DNA of 45,447 nucleotides from an uncultured Cytophagia bacterium. Its GTDB lineage: Bacteria; Zhuqueibacterota; Zhuqueibacteria; Oceanimicrobiales; CAZGRP01. Below the pieces are notes generated by a model. That model was not told the DNA's origin, did no database searches, and worked only from the letters and a program-made list of their open reading frames with translations. This document shows positions 8,712-17,897 of this stretch, in pieces (positions within the stretch are counted from its first letter, which is position 1; each line of letters opens with the position of its first letter). The translations under genes were made by a program, and so were the position numbers. The DNA lies in the NCBI GenBank assembly GCA_964527995.1, contig CAZGRP010000025.1:14998-60444 (forward strand). Reading direction: 5' to 3'.

Positions 8712-10634
8712 CTAGGATCCCCCGTCGGGCTGCCTGACTCCCAGTGCTTCCAGCACCATTCCGGCGACGTCCGAAATCGACGCCGGCCCCTCCGGTGGCA
8801 ACGGTCTGTTGGAGAACAGGACACCCGGCACAAACTTCGGATCGGTTGAGACGTGGTCGCCGCTCCACCTTCTGAGATTGGCGCTGACAGCGGCCGTTTC
8901 CAGCTCCCCGAAGGTACTCTTCTGCGACACCCGGTATCCAGGCCGAAGGCCAATCACGAGGTCAGGGGCATCGCGAACCCAGGCTCCGGAGTAAACCTCT
9001 TCGCGCAGCGCCACGCTTTCAACGATCCTCTCGCCTGACTCCGGATCCCGCCAGGCAAGCAGGCGGCGACGGATGTCCGCCCGCAGGCTGTCGTAGGCCT
9101 CGCCGGCCGCCACCCGCCCCGACGCCTCGCGACCACGCAGATTGACGTAGATCCCGCTGAAGCCGAGCGCGTAGGCCTGGGTCGACGCTCTGTCCACCGA
9201 CCCGCGTCGTCTCTGGCCGCTCGCCCGCCGCAGGAACCCCTGCCCGAGCAGCCAGTTGTTCAGATTGACCTGCTTGCGGTAGGATGCGAAGCCATGATCC
9301 GAGATTACCACAACCTGAGCATCCTCGCCCACTTCAGCCAGCACTTCCCCCAGCAGTGAATCAGCAAGCTGATAGAACTCCAAAACCGCCGCCGGTGCGG
9401 AGCTGCCGTCCGCCCGAGGGCTCGGCGTCGGACTCCCGGGTGTACTCCAGAACATGTGTTGAACCCGATCCATCGAGTTGAACACAGCGACCACCAGCCT
9501 GTACCTGGCCACGCGCAGAATGTGCAGGAACATGCGCCGGCGCTCCTCGAACGTCTGCCGCGCATCCTGCAAAAAGGCGTGGTCGTCGAGAAATCCGTCG
9601 TTGAGCGCCCAGGTGTCAGCCCCCCAGCCCAGCGTCTTGTACAGCCCGACCGCCGCAGCCATCTCTTTCGAAAAATCAGCCGGGTAGGAAATTCGGAAAG
9701 CGGGCTCACGAGGGTCGATGTTGATCGGGCTCAGATAGAGTTTCAGGCTCGGGTTGAGCCGACGCAGGTAGAAACGTGCGATTCCCACGGTTCGCAACCA
9801 GAGGCGCCGGCGGAAACGGAGGGTCATCCAGGGACTCCACTCGCGCACGCCAAGCCGGATCCGTTGTCCTTGCAGATCGATCTGCAGGGTATCCCGGCCT
9901 CTGCGAATCAGCCGCAGCGGCACTGTCATCGGCTCTCCGTCCGCACCGACCCAGTCCCGCGGCCCGCGAATCTGTGTCACCGCCACATCCCTGTCGAACC
10001 GGACCAGCACCAGCGGAGTGGAGGCCTCTGCGCCAGCGAGCAAAGTCGAGTCGCTGACGTAGAAACGGAATGTGCCCGACGTACCCAGAAGATCCGGTGC
10101 TTCCGGTCCGGCGAGAAGGCGGCCGCCGAACCGGGCCGGCGGGAAGGTCTCCGGGCAGAAGAGGATCGCGGCAGACCGGCCGGCGTCTGCGGCCTTCTTC
10201 CAGAACGGCGTACCATGACGCGCATTGACGAACCTTGGACGCCGAATCGGCAGCCAGCCCCAAAGTGACTTACCGGGAAGAAGCATCGTCGGTGCAAAGT
10301 AAGGCTGGTACGTGGTCGGGTCGCGGCCAAGGAAGCCGAAGATCCCGGTCTGGCCAGGATTGAGCCCGGTGACGAAGCTGCTCCAGGCCACCGGCGACTC
10401 GGCAGGACGCGTGGTTGGCAGCCGCCTGTAGCCACCGGCGTCGCGCAGCCGGGTGAAATTGGGCAACAACCCTTGCTCCATCCAGCGCTCCGCCAGGCGA
10501 GCGTCGAGGCCGTCGAACCCGAGCACCACGACCCGGGTCGGTGCAGCCGCGGTTGCAGCCACAGGGCTCAACCGGAGACGGGTGGCCGTCATAAGGGCAA
10601 TGACAATCGTCACCGCCACCCCGAGCCCGAGCAT
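8712..10634 (-). CDS. NPP-family (type I phosphodiesterase / nucleotide pyrophosphatase, AlkP-superfamily) protein, membrane-anchored (paralog 2)
   Basis: 640 aa. N-terminal TM helix. 'VVVLGFDGLDARL' metal-site Asp pair. 'PTTRPAESPVAWSSFVTGLNPGQTGIF' closely matches the NPP catalytic-Thr motif '[22 protein letters not shown]'. 'VISDHGF' second metal site. Confidence 0.65.
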   Translation of the reverse strand: MLGLGVAVTIVIALMTATRLRLSPVAATAAAPTRVVVLGFDGLDARLAERWMEQGLLPNFTRLRDAGGYRRLPTTRPAESPVAWSSFVTGLNPGQTGIFGFLGRDPTTYQPYFAPTMLLPGKSLWGWLPIRRPRFVNARHGTPFWKKAADAGRSAAILFCPETFPPARFGGRLLAGPEAPDLLGTSGTFRFYVSDSTLLAGAEASTPLVLVRFDRDVAVTQIRGPRDWVGADGEPMTVPLRLIRRGRDTLQIDLQGQRIRLGVREWSPWMTLRFRRRLWLRTVGIARFYLRRLNPSLKLYLSPINIDPREPAFRISYPADFSKEMAAAVGLYKTLGWGADTWALNDGFLDDHAFLQDARQTFEERRRMFLHILRVARYRLVVAVFNSMDRVQHMFWSTPGSPTPSPRADGSSAPAAVLEFYQLADSLLGEVLAEVGEDAQVVVISDHGFASYRKQVNLNNWLLGQGFLRRASGQRRRGSVDRASTQAYALGFSGIYVNLRGREASGRVAAGEAYDSLRADIRRRLLAWRDPESGERIVESVALREEVYSGAWVRDAPDLVIGLRPGYRVSQKSTFGELETAAVSANLRRWSGDHVSTDPKFVPGVLFSNRPLPPEGPASISDVAGMVLEALGVRQPDGGS

Positions 10635-10733
10635 CCTCGCAGCAAGTGAGCAACTCAGCTGTCTTCGTCTCGGCCTCTCCTGGGTCGCCGGAAGGGATTT
10701 TGGTTGCTTTTCGATTTCTGGTTTCGTATCTAT

Positions 10734-10746
10734 CCTTGATTCAAGG
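10734..10746. promoter_or_regulatory. perfect 13-bp palindrome CCTTGATTCAAGG in the divergent Gfo / NPP-paralog-2 intergenic region
   Basis: Read directly. 35 bp upstream of the Gfo start codon. Candidate operator of a second, different regulator. Confidence 0.3.
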
Positions 10747-10780
10747 GTGAAAGGCGTCCATACGTGCGACAGGAGGGATC

Positions 10781-11755
10781 ATGGTCAGACTGGCGATCCT
10801 TGGCACCGGTTTTATCAGTGGAACCCATGCAGCCAGCGCCCGCAACCTGCCGGATGTGCGCGTCGAGGCGGTCTATAGCCGAACCGAAGCGAGTGCTGGC
10901 CGTTTCGCCACCGAATATGACATTCCAAAGACGTACACGAACTACAGAGAGTTGCTGGCGGACCCGGAAATCGACGCCGTGGTTATCGGCCTGCCGACGC
11001 CGTGGCACAGGCTGTTTACTGAGGAGGCGGCAGCAGCTGGAAAACATGTCTTGTGCGAGAAGCCAATGGCCCTTTGCGTCGAGGACGCCAAGGCGATGGT
11101 GTCCGCCTGTGACCGCGCTGGCGTCATTTTCATGGTTGCCCACGTGCTTCGTTTCTGGCCCGAGTATGTCGCGGCCAAGAAGCTGCTCGACAGCGGCGAA
11201 CTCGGCCGGGTGCGTGCGCTCTCGGCCTACCGGCTCAACCCAGTGCCACAGTGGTCGGCAGGCGGCTGGCTCCTGGTGCCAGAACAGAGCGGTGGCGTGC
11301 CCGTCGACCTGCACATCCACGATCTCGACGTCGCCACCTGGTATCTCGGAGCGCCGACACACCTCACTGCCCGCGGCCTGTGCACGGCAACGGGTCTTGT
11401 AAGCGAAGTTGTCAGCGTGTTGCAATACCCGGACGACCGCATCGCCTACGCCGAGGCCGGCTTCCTGCTGCCGGAAGGCGACTCCCTGAAGATGGGCTTC
11501 CGCATCGTCTGCGATGGCGGCGTGATCGAATACTCCAACCATTCCAACCCGACTTTGCGCGCTTCCCAGGCGGGCAAGCCGGTTCCCCTTTCTCCCCTTC
11601 CACAAGAGGATGGCTACACCGCCCAGTTACAATACTTTGCGGACTGCGTGCGGCACGGCCGCCCGCCCGATCGGTGCCCGCCGTCCGCCGCGCTGGCGGC
11701 CTTGCGGCTCGCCCTTGATGCCTGGTCGCAAGTCAAGAAAAGCCAGCCCTGCTGA
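10781..11755 (+). CDS. Gfo/Idh/MocA-family NAD(P)-dependent oxidoreductase (1 of 3)
   Basis: 324 aa. 'LAILGTGFISGTHA' Rossmann motif, 'GKHVLCEKPMA' EKP motif. RBS GGAGGG 4 nt upstream of the ATG. Confidence 0.8.
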   Translation: MVRLAILGTGFISGTHAASARNLPDVRVEAVYSRTEASAGRFATEYDIPKTYTNYRELLADPEIDAVVIGLPTPWHRLFTEEAAAAGKHVLCEKPMALCVEDAKAMVSACDRAGVIFMVAHVLRFWPEYVAAKKLLDSGELGRVRALSAYRLNPVPQWSAGGWLLVPEQSGGVPVDLHIHDLDVATWYLGAPTHLTARGLCTATGLVSEVVSVLQYPDDRIAYAEAGFLLPEGDSLKMGFRIVCDGGVIEYSNHSNPTLRASQAGKPVPLSPLPQEDGYTAQLQYFADCVRHGRPPDRCPPSAALAALRLALDAWSQVKKSQPC

Positions 11756-11827
11756 ACAGCCGATCCCGCTTCCGGATCGAACGGCGGCCATCTTCCGGCC
11801 TCTGTGCGCCTCCCGGGTGCGGCGTAG

Positions 11828-13033
11828 TCACTTCCCTTGCAGTTGCTGCTCGACGGCGTCGAGGCCCGCGAGCAGATTGCCGGTATGGTCGAGCAGGCGC
11901 TCGATCGTGCCAAACCTTCGCCACTCGAGGATGCGGTCGATGCCGTAGAACTCACCCCACAGCCGCTTCAGCTCCGCCACCAGCCGAGCCCTCTGTGCGG
12001 CGGGAAGCCTGTCTGTCTGGCTTTTCAGGCTTTGGTAGCGGGCCTCGAACCTGGTCAGGGCTTCGTTCAGCTCCTTGATCCGCCGGTGCCCGGTGGTGTC
12101 CGGCGGAGCCTGGCCGCCTTCGAAGATCTCGGTCAGCACTCGCCCTGTGGCGTCCCTCGGCGGCTCGATTCCCAGGACCCGAGCCATGGTCGGGACGATG
12201 TCGATGGATTCGGCATAGTCGAACTCGGCCCCCTGGCGGACGCCCGGCCCAACGACCACCAGCGGTGCCCGCCAACTATCTGGGTCGGCGTACGGGTGCC
12301 AGCCGCCGTCCGCCTGGCCATGGTCCGCGGTCAAGAAGATGTAGGTCGAGTCAAGGCGGCCCGTAGCATCCAGCCAGTCCACGAAGGCACCGAGCAACGA
12401 ATCGGCACGCGCGGCAGCGCTACGGTAGGGCGAGCCCGGCGCCCAAATGTTGTGGCGCCAGGGAACGTCCTCCTGCGTGCTGTAGGAAAGGTAGCCGGCG
12501 GCTCCGGTATTCTGAAGGTGAATGCGTACGAACCGCGGCTTCCCGTGCTCGATGAAGATCTGTGCCCAGAAGAGGGCATCCCGGTCGCGCCCCGGCTTCA
12601 TGAACGACAGGGCATATCCGACATCGAGCGACCGATACGCCAGGCTGTTGGTGGCGTGGGCCGTCGCTCGCCCCGGGATCGCCTGCGAGAAGAGCGGTTG
12701 CTTTGGCCGAAGAAAGATGGTGCCGGCCATGAGCACGACATTCGGGATCGAGCTGGTGTACGCCTCGCCCCAGCTTCCGCTCTGCGGATGAGCCGGCAAG
12801 ATGTGGTACAGCTCACGGAAGTAGCTGCCGCGCGACATCAGGCGGTGCAGGTTCGGCAACTCGAGCCGGGCCGGCGCCTTGTAGCTGAGGCCGTCGATGA
12901 TGAACAGAATCGCTGTCGTGCCGCGCTCCTGCGCTGGAGATGGCCTCGGCTGCCCCGCCACGATAAGCCCGGCTACCAGGGGCAGAGTGATCCACTTTTC
13001 CCGGACTCTCTGCGACCTGAGCAGTGACCACAT
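11828..13033 (-). CDS. AlkP-superfamily / NPP-like phosphoesterase, secreted (paralog 3)
   Basis: 401 aa. Signal-like N-terminus. 'ILFIIDGLSY' and 'FLTADHGQADGGWHPY' (DHG metal site) are typical of PF01663-like enzymes. Lies 21 bp downstream of the GHL10 gene on the same strand. Confidence 0.5.
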   Translation of the reverse strand: MWSLLRSQRVREKWITLPLVAGLIVAGQPRPSPAQERGTTAILFIIDGLSYKAPARLELPNLHRLMSRGSYFRELYHILPAHPQSGSWGEAYTSSIPNVVLMAGTIFLRPKQPLFSQAIPGRATAHATNSLAYRSLDVGYALSFMKPGRDRDALFWAQIFIEHGKPRFVRIHLQNTGAAGYLSYSTQEDVPWRHNIWAPGSPYRSAAARADSLLGAFVDWLDATGRLDSTYIFLTADHGQADGGWHPYADPDSWRAPLVVVGPGVRQGAEFDYAESIDIVPTMARVLGIEPPRDATGRVLTEIFEGGQAPPDTTGHRRIKELNEALTRFEARYQSLKSQTDRLPAAQRARLVAELKRLWGEFYGIDRILEWRRFGTIERLLDHTGNLLAGLDAVEQQLQGK

Positions 13034-13054
13034 GATCGCGCCCTCGGGGTTACA

Positions 13055-14803
13055 TTACTGCCGGACGCCAGCCCTGCGCCCCCGGCGTAGGATCGTGATC
13101 GCCCACAGGAGCAAGAACAGCGCCGCCGCACCAACAGCCAGAAACTCGTTGCGCCGGGCGGCGGCCAGCCGCTTCTCGAGGCGACGGAGTTGGCCGATGC
13201 TCAATTCCGCCGCCGGACGCGCTTCGAAGGGCTCAACGCTTGGGGTGGCGAAAATCTCTTCCAGGGCCGGCCACAACTTCTTGCGCGAGATCCCACCCCC
13301 GTCGAAGATCACCACGCCTTCCCCTCCACCCTTGCGCACCGCCTCGATGACCTGCTTCACCTTCTCGCCCGGATAGTACCCGGCAGGTGGATCGGCCCGG
13401 AAAGCCTGCACCGCCTGGATGAGGGCACTCACCTGGTCGGTGCCTGCAGACGGCGACAGTTCGGCAAGTCGTGAAGAGATCGCCTTCTCAGACTCGGGTG
13501 CGAACTGGGCCAGCCGGTCGCGGATCTGCTCAAATCCTTGCCGCAGCGTCCGCAGCCGCCGGCGGCGATCGCGTCGGGGCTTCGTCTCCCATCCCTGAAG
13601 CTCGGTGAGGATGTCCCGCAGCGGCTGGTCTTGCTCGCGGAAGATGTAGTGAACGTCCAACCCGACGGAGAGGTTGGCGAGACCTTTGGACCAGCGCATT
13701 TCGTAGCGGGTGTACTCTTCGAGCTGTTTCAGGAAGGTCTGCCAGTCTGTGAGCGGAAAATGGCTGCGGTACACCATCGGCATCATGATATCGATCCATG
13801 GGGCGAAGTTCGTCCACCGCTGGCCGATGAAGCGGCCGCTGGCGGTGGGATTCTTGAAGACGGCCGCCGACATCTCGATGTCGGGCTTGATAGCTTTGGC
13901 CCGTTCCCAGGCTTCGCGCACAAACCGGGTGATGGCATCGCTGCGGTAGGTGTAGAAGAAGTAGTCCAGGTCGCTGGGGCCCTGAGGCATGTAGCTACCG
14001 GTGAGCAGGAACCGTGCTTTAGCCTTGCGATCCCACTTCTGCCAGTCTTTCGGCTTGACGGTCGGATCCGACCACCAGTTGGCTTCGGGGTTGGGAAGCG
14101 TGGACACCACTGGATATCGGACGTCGGGGAAGGCGTCGTAAGAGAAATGGTTGTACTTCATGACATCCTGCAGGAAGTCGTCGTCAAAGCTGTAGCCGTC
14201 GGGAGCGACGTCGCCCGGGTAGCGCACGTAGTCGTGGTGGATGCCGTCGACATCGTACTTGCGCACAATCTCCTCGATCAGTGGTAGCAGGTACTGATCC
14301 GTGTAGCCCGGACGCTGAGCCGGACTCACCCAGGTGATGTAGTAGGGACGGCCGCCGCTCAGAAACTCGGACGTCGTCGGTTTGCCCTCGGCGTTGACCA
14401 TCAACCATTCAGGGTGCTTCTTGAGCACGGGGTTGTCGGGGCCTTCGGTGAAGTCGCACAACCAGGCATGCAGTTTGATGCCGGCGGCGTGCGACTCGCG
14501 CACCATGGCCGCCAGCGGATCGAAATCCCGGTAGTTCTCGGCGATCATCTCCGGGTTGAGATCGCTGTGGAAAAAGAGTCGGCCGCGCGTATTCTTCACA
14601 TCCATGACGATCACGTTGATGTGGGCCTTCTTGACGTGCTGCACAAAGGCACGCGCCGTGGAGTCATTGGTGATCAAACCGGGTGGATTCAGCCAGACGG
14701 CACGCCCCTCGATGACGGTCTCGCGGTCCTGAGCGCCGACCCGAGCGACCACACCAGTCAGGGCAAGCACAACGATGCTCCCCAGGACAAGCTCTTTTCT
14801 CAC
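13055..14803 (-). CDS. GHL10 (DUF187, YngK-like) glycoside-hydrolase-like TIM-barrel protein, secreted
   Basis: ORF 13055..14881 (-). 'DPLAAMVRESHAAGIKLHAWL' and 'KYDVDGIHHDYVRYPGD' match GHL10 family blocks. The ORF-track start (TTG at 14881) lies inside the plus-strand -35 TTGACA. Start re-placed at GTG 14803, preceded by AAGGAGG-N5, giving signal peptide 'MRKELVLGSIVVLALTGVVARVGAQ'. Confidence 0.6.
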   Translation of the reverse strand: MRKELVLGSIVVLALTGVVARVGAQDRETVIEGRAVWLNPPGLITNDSTARAFVQHVKKAHINVIVMDVKNTRGRLFFHSDLNPEMIAENYRDFDPLAAMVRESHAAGIKLHAWLCDFTEGPDNPVLKKHPEWLMVNAEGKPTTSEFLSGGRPYYITWVSPAQRPGYTDQYLLPLIEEIVRKYDVDGIHHDYVRYPGDVAPDGYSFDDDFLQDVMKYNHFSYDAFPDVRYPVVSTLPNPEANWWSDPTVKPKDWQKWDRKAKARFLLTGSYMPQGPSDLDYFFYTYRSDAITRFVREAWERAKAIKPDIEMSAAVFKNPTASGRFIGQRWTNFAPWIDIMMPMVYRSHFPLTDWQTFLKQLEEYTRYEMRWSKGLANLSVGLDVHYIFREQDQPLRDILTELQGWETKPRRDRRRRLRTLRQGFEQIRDRLAQFAPESEKAISSRLAELSPSAGTDQVSALIQAVQAFRADPPAGYYPGEKVKQVIEAVRKGGGEGVVIFDGGGISRKKLWPALEEIFATPSVEPFEARPAAELSIGQLRRLEKRLAAARRNEFLAVGAAALFLLLWAITILRRGRRAGVRQ

Positions 14804-14863
14804 GGAAACCTCCTTCTCCTCGGCCGGAAGATGATGGGTTCGCTGCGACGGCAGATTGGTAGG

Positions 14864-14941
14864 CGATTTTTTTCTTGACAATGAGGGAAAAGAAAACTAA
14901 ACTTCGTTAACAAAGTTAATCCAAAAGTTGGCACTTGTCAA
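14864..14941. promoter_or_regulatory. divergent back-to-back promoters (plus: TTGACA 14875..14880, 17 bp spacer, TAAACT 14898..14903; minus: TTGACA 14941..14936, 17 bp spacer, TAACTT 14918..14913) sharing the central 18-bp operator AACTTCGTTAACAAAGTT (14900..14917)
   Basis: Read directly. Lies between the GHL10-NPP operon (minus) and the SSF-AKR operon (plus). A/T tracts lie upstream of both -35 elements. Confidence 0.5.
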
Positions 14942-14999
14942 GTGAAAAAATTCTCCCGCCGACGAATCTGCGGGAGAGCGACGACGGGAGAGCCGCTCC

Positions 15000-16772
15000 A
15001 TGACCTTTACCGACTGGACCATCATCGCCCTCTATAGCGTGTTCATGCTGTTTCTTGGTGGGTACTTTACGAAACGCGCCGGCCAAAGCCTGGACGACTA
15101 CTTTCTCGCCGGGCGCGATCTGCCATGGTGGGTGCTGGGGATGTCGGCTGTCGCCTCCTACAGTGACGCTGGCATTGCACCTGCTGTGACCATGCTGGTT
15201 TTTACCGGTGGGCTGCTGGGAAACGGCATCTGGTGGCTGACGTTTCTGATATGGATGCCTCTGGTGGCGGTGGTCTGGTCCAAGCTGTGGCGGCGCCTGA
15301 ACATTCTGACCACCGCAGAATTCATCGAGGTGCGCTACTCCGGGCGGGCGGCCACGGCCTTCCGCGGCATCTACGCCGTGTTCATGGCCTTCGGCTTCGG
15401 TGTCGTTCTCATGGGGTATGTGACGAGCTGGCTCAGCAGCGCCCTTGGCCCGATTCTGGGCTGGTCGCCGCTGGCAATGATGCTGACCTTCGGCGGCCTG
15501 GCGATGATCTACACGACAGCGGCAGGTCTCTTCGGTGCCGCCTACAGCGACGTGCCACAGTTCGTCATCTTCTTCGTGGGCAATTTGATCTTCGTGCCCA
15601 TCCTGATCTCGGCTGTCGGAGGCATGGATGCAGTCTACGACGGCATCCTGCGGATGCGCGGCCCGGAGATGACAGCCGAATTCCTGAAGGTGATCCCGCC
15701 GTCGTCCTCGCTGCCGACCGTCACGATTCTGGCTTTCGTGGTGCAGGGGCTATTCTTCGCTGCCTCACCCGCAGGCGGTGAGGGCTTCACCGCCCAGCGC
15801 TTCATGGCGGCACGCAACGAGTTCCACGCTCAGATCGGACAGTTGCTCAACGCCCTGCTCACCCTGGTGGTCCGCGTCGCCCCTTTTCTGTTCATGGGAA
15901 TGGCCGCGGCCGCCATCTACCCTCCCGACGCTTTCGCCGAGCCGGCCGAGATCTGGGGAACCCTGGTCTCCAGGTACTCGGTGGTAGGGTTGACCGGGTT
16001 GTTGGTTTCCGGGATCATGGCCGCCTACATGTCAACCATCGACACGGAGATCAACTGGAGCGCTTCCTACTTCGTCAACGACATCTACAAGCGGTTTATC
16101 AAAACCGACGCCAGCCGCCAGCACTACGTCCTCGTCAGCCGGGTGACCAGCGTCCTGCTTCTTGTGCTTGCCGTGCTCTTGGCTTATTTTCTGGTCAAGG
16201 GAATGACGGCCTGGTTCCTGTTCATCAACTCAGTGATGGTGGCTTTCTTGTTGCCGCTGAGCTGGCTGCGTTTTTTCTGGTGGCGGCTCAACATCTACGG
16301 TGAGGCCGCCGCCATCGTCGGCAGCCTGCCGCTGGGGTACTTCATCTGGTTTGGCCTGGACTTCCGCGATCGGCCCTTCTGGCAGGGATTCCTGCTCCTC
16401 TTTATTGTGGGTTGGATCGTGATCCTGGCGGTGACCTACCTGACGCGGCCGGAGCGGCCAGAGACATTGCGCGAGTTCTACCTGCGCTGCCGGCCACCGG
16501 GACTCTGGGGTCCGGTGGTACGAACCCTGCCCGGCCATAGCACCGAAGAGGTTCACCGCGAAACCATCGCCGATATCGTGGACAGTGGCTTGGGCATTCT
16601 TTTCTGCGGCGGCAGCATCCTTGCCAGCATCAGCCTGCTGGGCCGGCACTGGATCACCGCCATCGTCGCCGTGCTGGTGACAACGGCAGCGCTGTGGCTG
16701 TTCGTTCTGCGCTGGAAGAAACGCGGGGTGTTTGGAGCGCTGTCGCGTAACTACCGCGAAGGTCCGTCATAG
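15000..16772 (+). CDS. sodium:solute symporter family (SSF/SLC5-like) transporter
   Basis: 590 aa, ~13 predicted TM segments. N-terminal 'DYFLAGRDLPWWVLGMSAVASYSDAG' is the SSF signature region. Confidence 0.75.
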   Translation: MTFTDWTIIALYSVFMLFLGGYFTKRAGQSLDDYFLAGRDLPWWVLGMSAVASYSDAGIAPAVTMLVFTGGLLGNGIWWLTFLIWMPLVAVVWSKLWRRLNILTTAEFIEVRYSGRAATAFRGIYAVFMAFGFGVVLMGYVTSWLSSALGPILGWSPLAMMLTFGGLAMIYTTAAGLFGAAYSDVPQFVIFFVGNLIFVPILISAVGGMDAVYDGILRMRGPEMTAEFLKVIPPSSSLPTVTILAFVVQGLFFAASPAGGEGFTAQRFMAARNEFHAQIGQLLNALLTLVVRVAPFLFMGMAAAAIYPPDAFAEPAEIWGTLVSRYSVVGLTGLLVSGIMAAYMSTIDTEINWSASYFVNDIYKRFIKTDASRQHYVLVSRVTSVLLLVLAVLLAYFLVKGMTAWFLFINSVMVAFLLPLSWLRFFWWRLNIYGEAAAIVGSLPLGYFIWFGLDFRDRPFWQGFLLLFIVGWIVILAVTYLTRPERPETLREFYLRCRPPGLWGPVVRTLPGHSTEEVHRETIADIVDSGLGILFCGGSILASISLLGRHWITAIVAVLVTTAALWLFVLRWKKRGVFGALSRNYREGPS

Positions 16773-16839
16773 CGGTGGCCTTTGCACGCGGCATGGGCGG
16801 CGTACAAAATGAATTTCACCTGAAGGAGGAGGTTGACGA

Positions 16840-17817
16840 ATGGAATACCGCAAGCTCGGCAAATGGGGGGTGCGTGTAAGCACGCTGGGTGTGGGCAGCT
16901 ATCTCACCCTCGGCCATCATGTGCCTGAAGACGTGGGGAGCGAGATCGTCAGACAGGCCTACGAGGCGGGTATCAACTTCTTCGACACTGCCAACGCCTA
17001 CAACCGTGGCGAAGCGGAAAAGGCCTTGGGCAGGTACCTGGCGCCTTTTCCGAGAGACTCCTTTGTGCTGGCGTCCAAAGTCTGGGCTCCCATGGGTGAT
17101 GGCCCGAATGATCGCGGTTTGTCACGCAAGCACATCTTCGAGCAGTGCCACGCCAGCCTGAAACGGCTCAACACCGACTACCTCGACCTCTACCAGTGCC
17201 ACCGCTACGACCCCGACACTCCCCTGGAGGAAACCATCCGGGCCCTGGACGATCTGGTCCGGCAGGGAAAGATCCTCTACTGGGGGGTGAGCGAATGGAG
17301 TGCGGCCCAAATCACCGAGGCCCAGTCGTTCTGTGAACGCTGGGGCCTGAATCCACCAGTCTCCAATCAGCCACGTTACAGCCTTCTTTGGAGATACCCG
17401 GAAAAAGAAGTCTTTCCTGTCTGTCTTTCCAAAGGTCTGGGGCAGGTGGTGTTTTCACCACTGGCCCACGGAGTGCTGACGGGCAAGTACAAGGCGGGCG
17501 AAAAGCCGCCTCCCGGCACCCGCGCCGCTGACGACTCTCAGAACCGCATCATGATGGATCTCTATTTTCACGAAGACAAGCTTCGCAGAGTCGAGCAGAT
17601 GGGCGAAATCGCGGCGGAACTGAATTTGAGCACGGCGCAGCTGGCCATTGCCTGGATCCTGAAGAATCCCGCGGTCAGCAGTGTTATCCTCGGGGTGACG
17701 CGTCCCGAGCAATTGGCGGAGAACTTGAAAGCGGCAGAGGTCGCCCTGCCTGACGAGGTCATGGCTCGACTCGACGAGCTGTTTCCGCTCCCTGGTGCGT
17801 CTCCGGCGGCCCCATGA
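16840..17817 (+). CDS. aldo/keto reductase (AKR, Kv-beta/YghZ-like)
   Basis: 325 aa. 'GINFFDTANAYNRGEAE', 'VLASKV', 'IAWILKNPAVSSVILG' AKR motifs. RBS GAAGGAGGAGG upstream. Confidence 0.8.
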   Translation: MEYRKLGKWGVRVSTLGVGSYLTLGHHVPEDVGSEIVRQAYEAGINFFDTANAYNRGEAEKALGRYLAPFPRDSFVLASKVWAPMGDGPNDRGLSRKHIFEQCHASLKRLNTDYLDLYQCHRYDPDTPLEETIRALDDLVRQGKILYWGVSEWSAAQITEAQSFCERWGLNPPVSNQPRYSLLWRYPEKEVFPVCLSKGLGQVVFSPLAHGVLTGKYKAGEKPPPGTRAADDSQNRIMMDLYFHEDKLRRVEQMGEIAAELNLSTAQLAIAWILKNPAVSSVILGVTRPEQLAENLKAAEVALPDEVMARLDELFPLPGASPAAP

Positions 17818-17897
17818 AACGACGCCGTTCCTCCCTGGCTCACGAGCCAGAAAAGCCGCCCGGGCCGTCCTCTCGCACACCTGCCCGCCAGGATACA

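Noticed and set aside
6029-13033. Reading the three AlkP-superfamily paralogs as sulfatases, which would fit a glycosaminoglycan-degradation story
   Set aside because: No C/S-x-P-x-R formylglycine motif was seen. The nucleophile region matches NPP-type 'PT.T.P....TG' instead.
14804-14881. ORF-track start codons taken at face value. Examples: TTG at 14881 for GHL10, TTG at 43668 for PfkB, ATG at 4611 for SurA-like, ATG at 22195 for AGE, ATG at 45354 for DUF62.
   Set aside because: These maximal extensions run into promoter elements or neighbouring genes, or precede obvious signal peptides. Starts were re-placed at downstream codons with RBS or signal-peptide support. They remain uncertain by a few codons.
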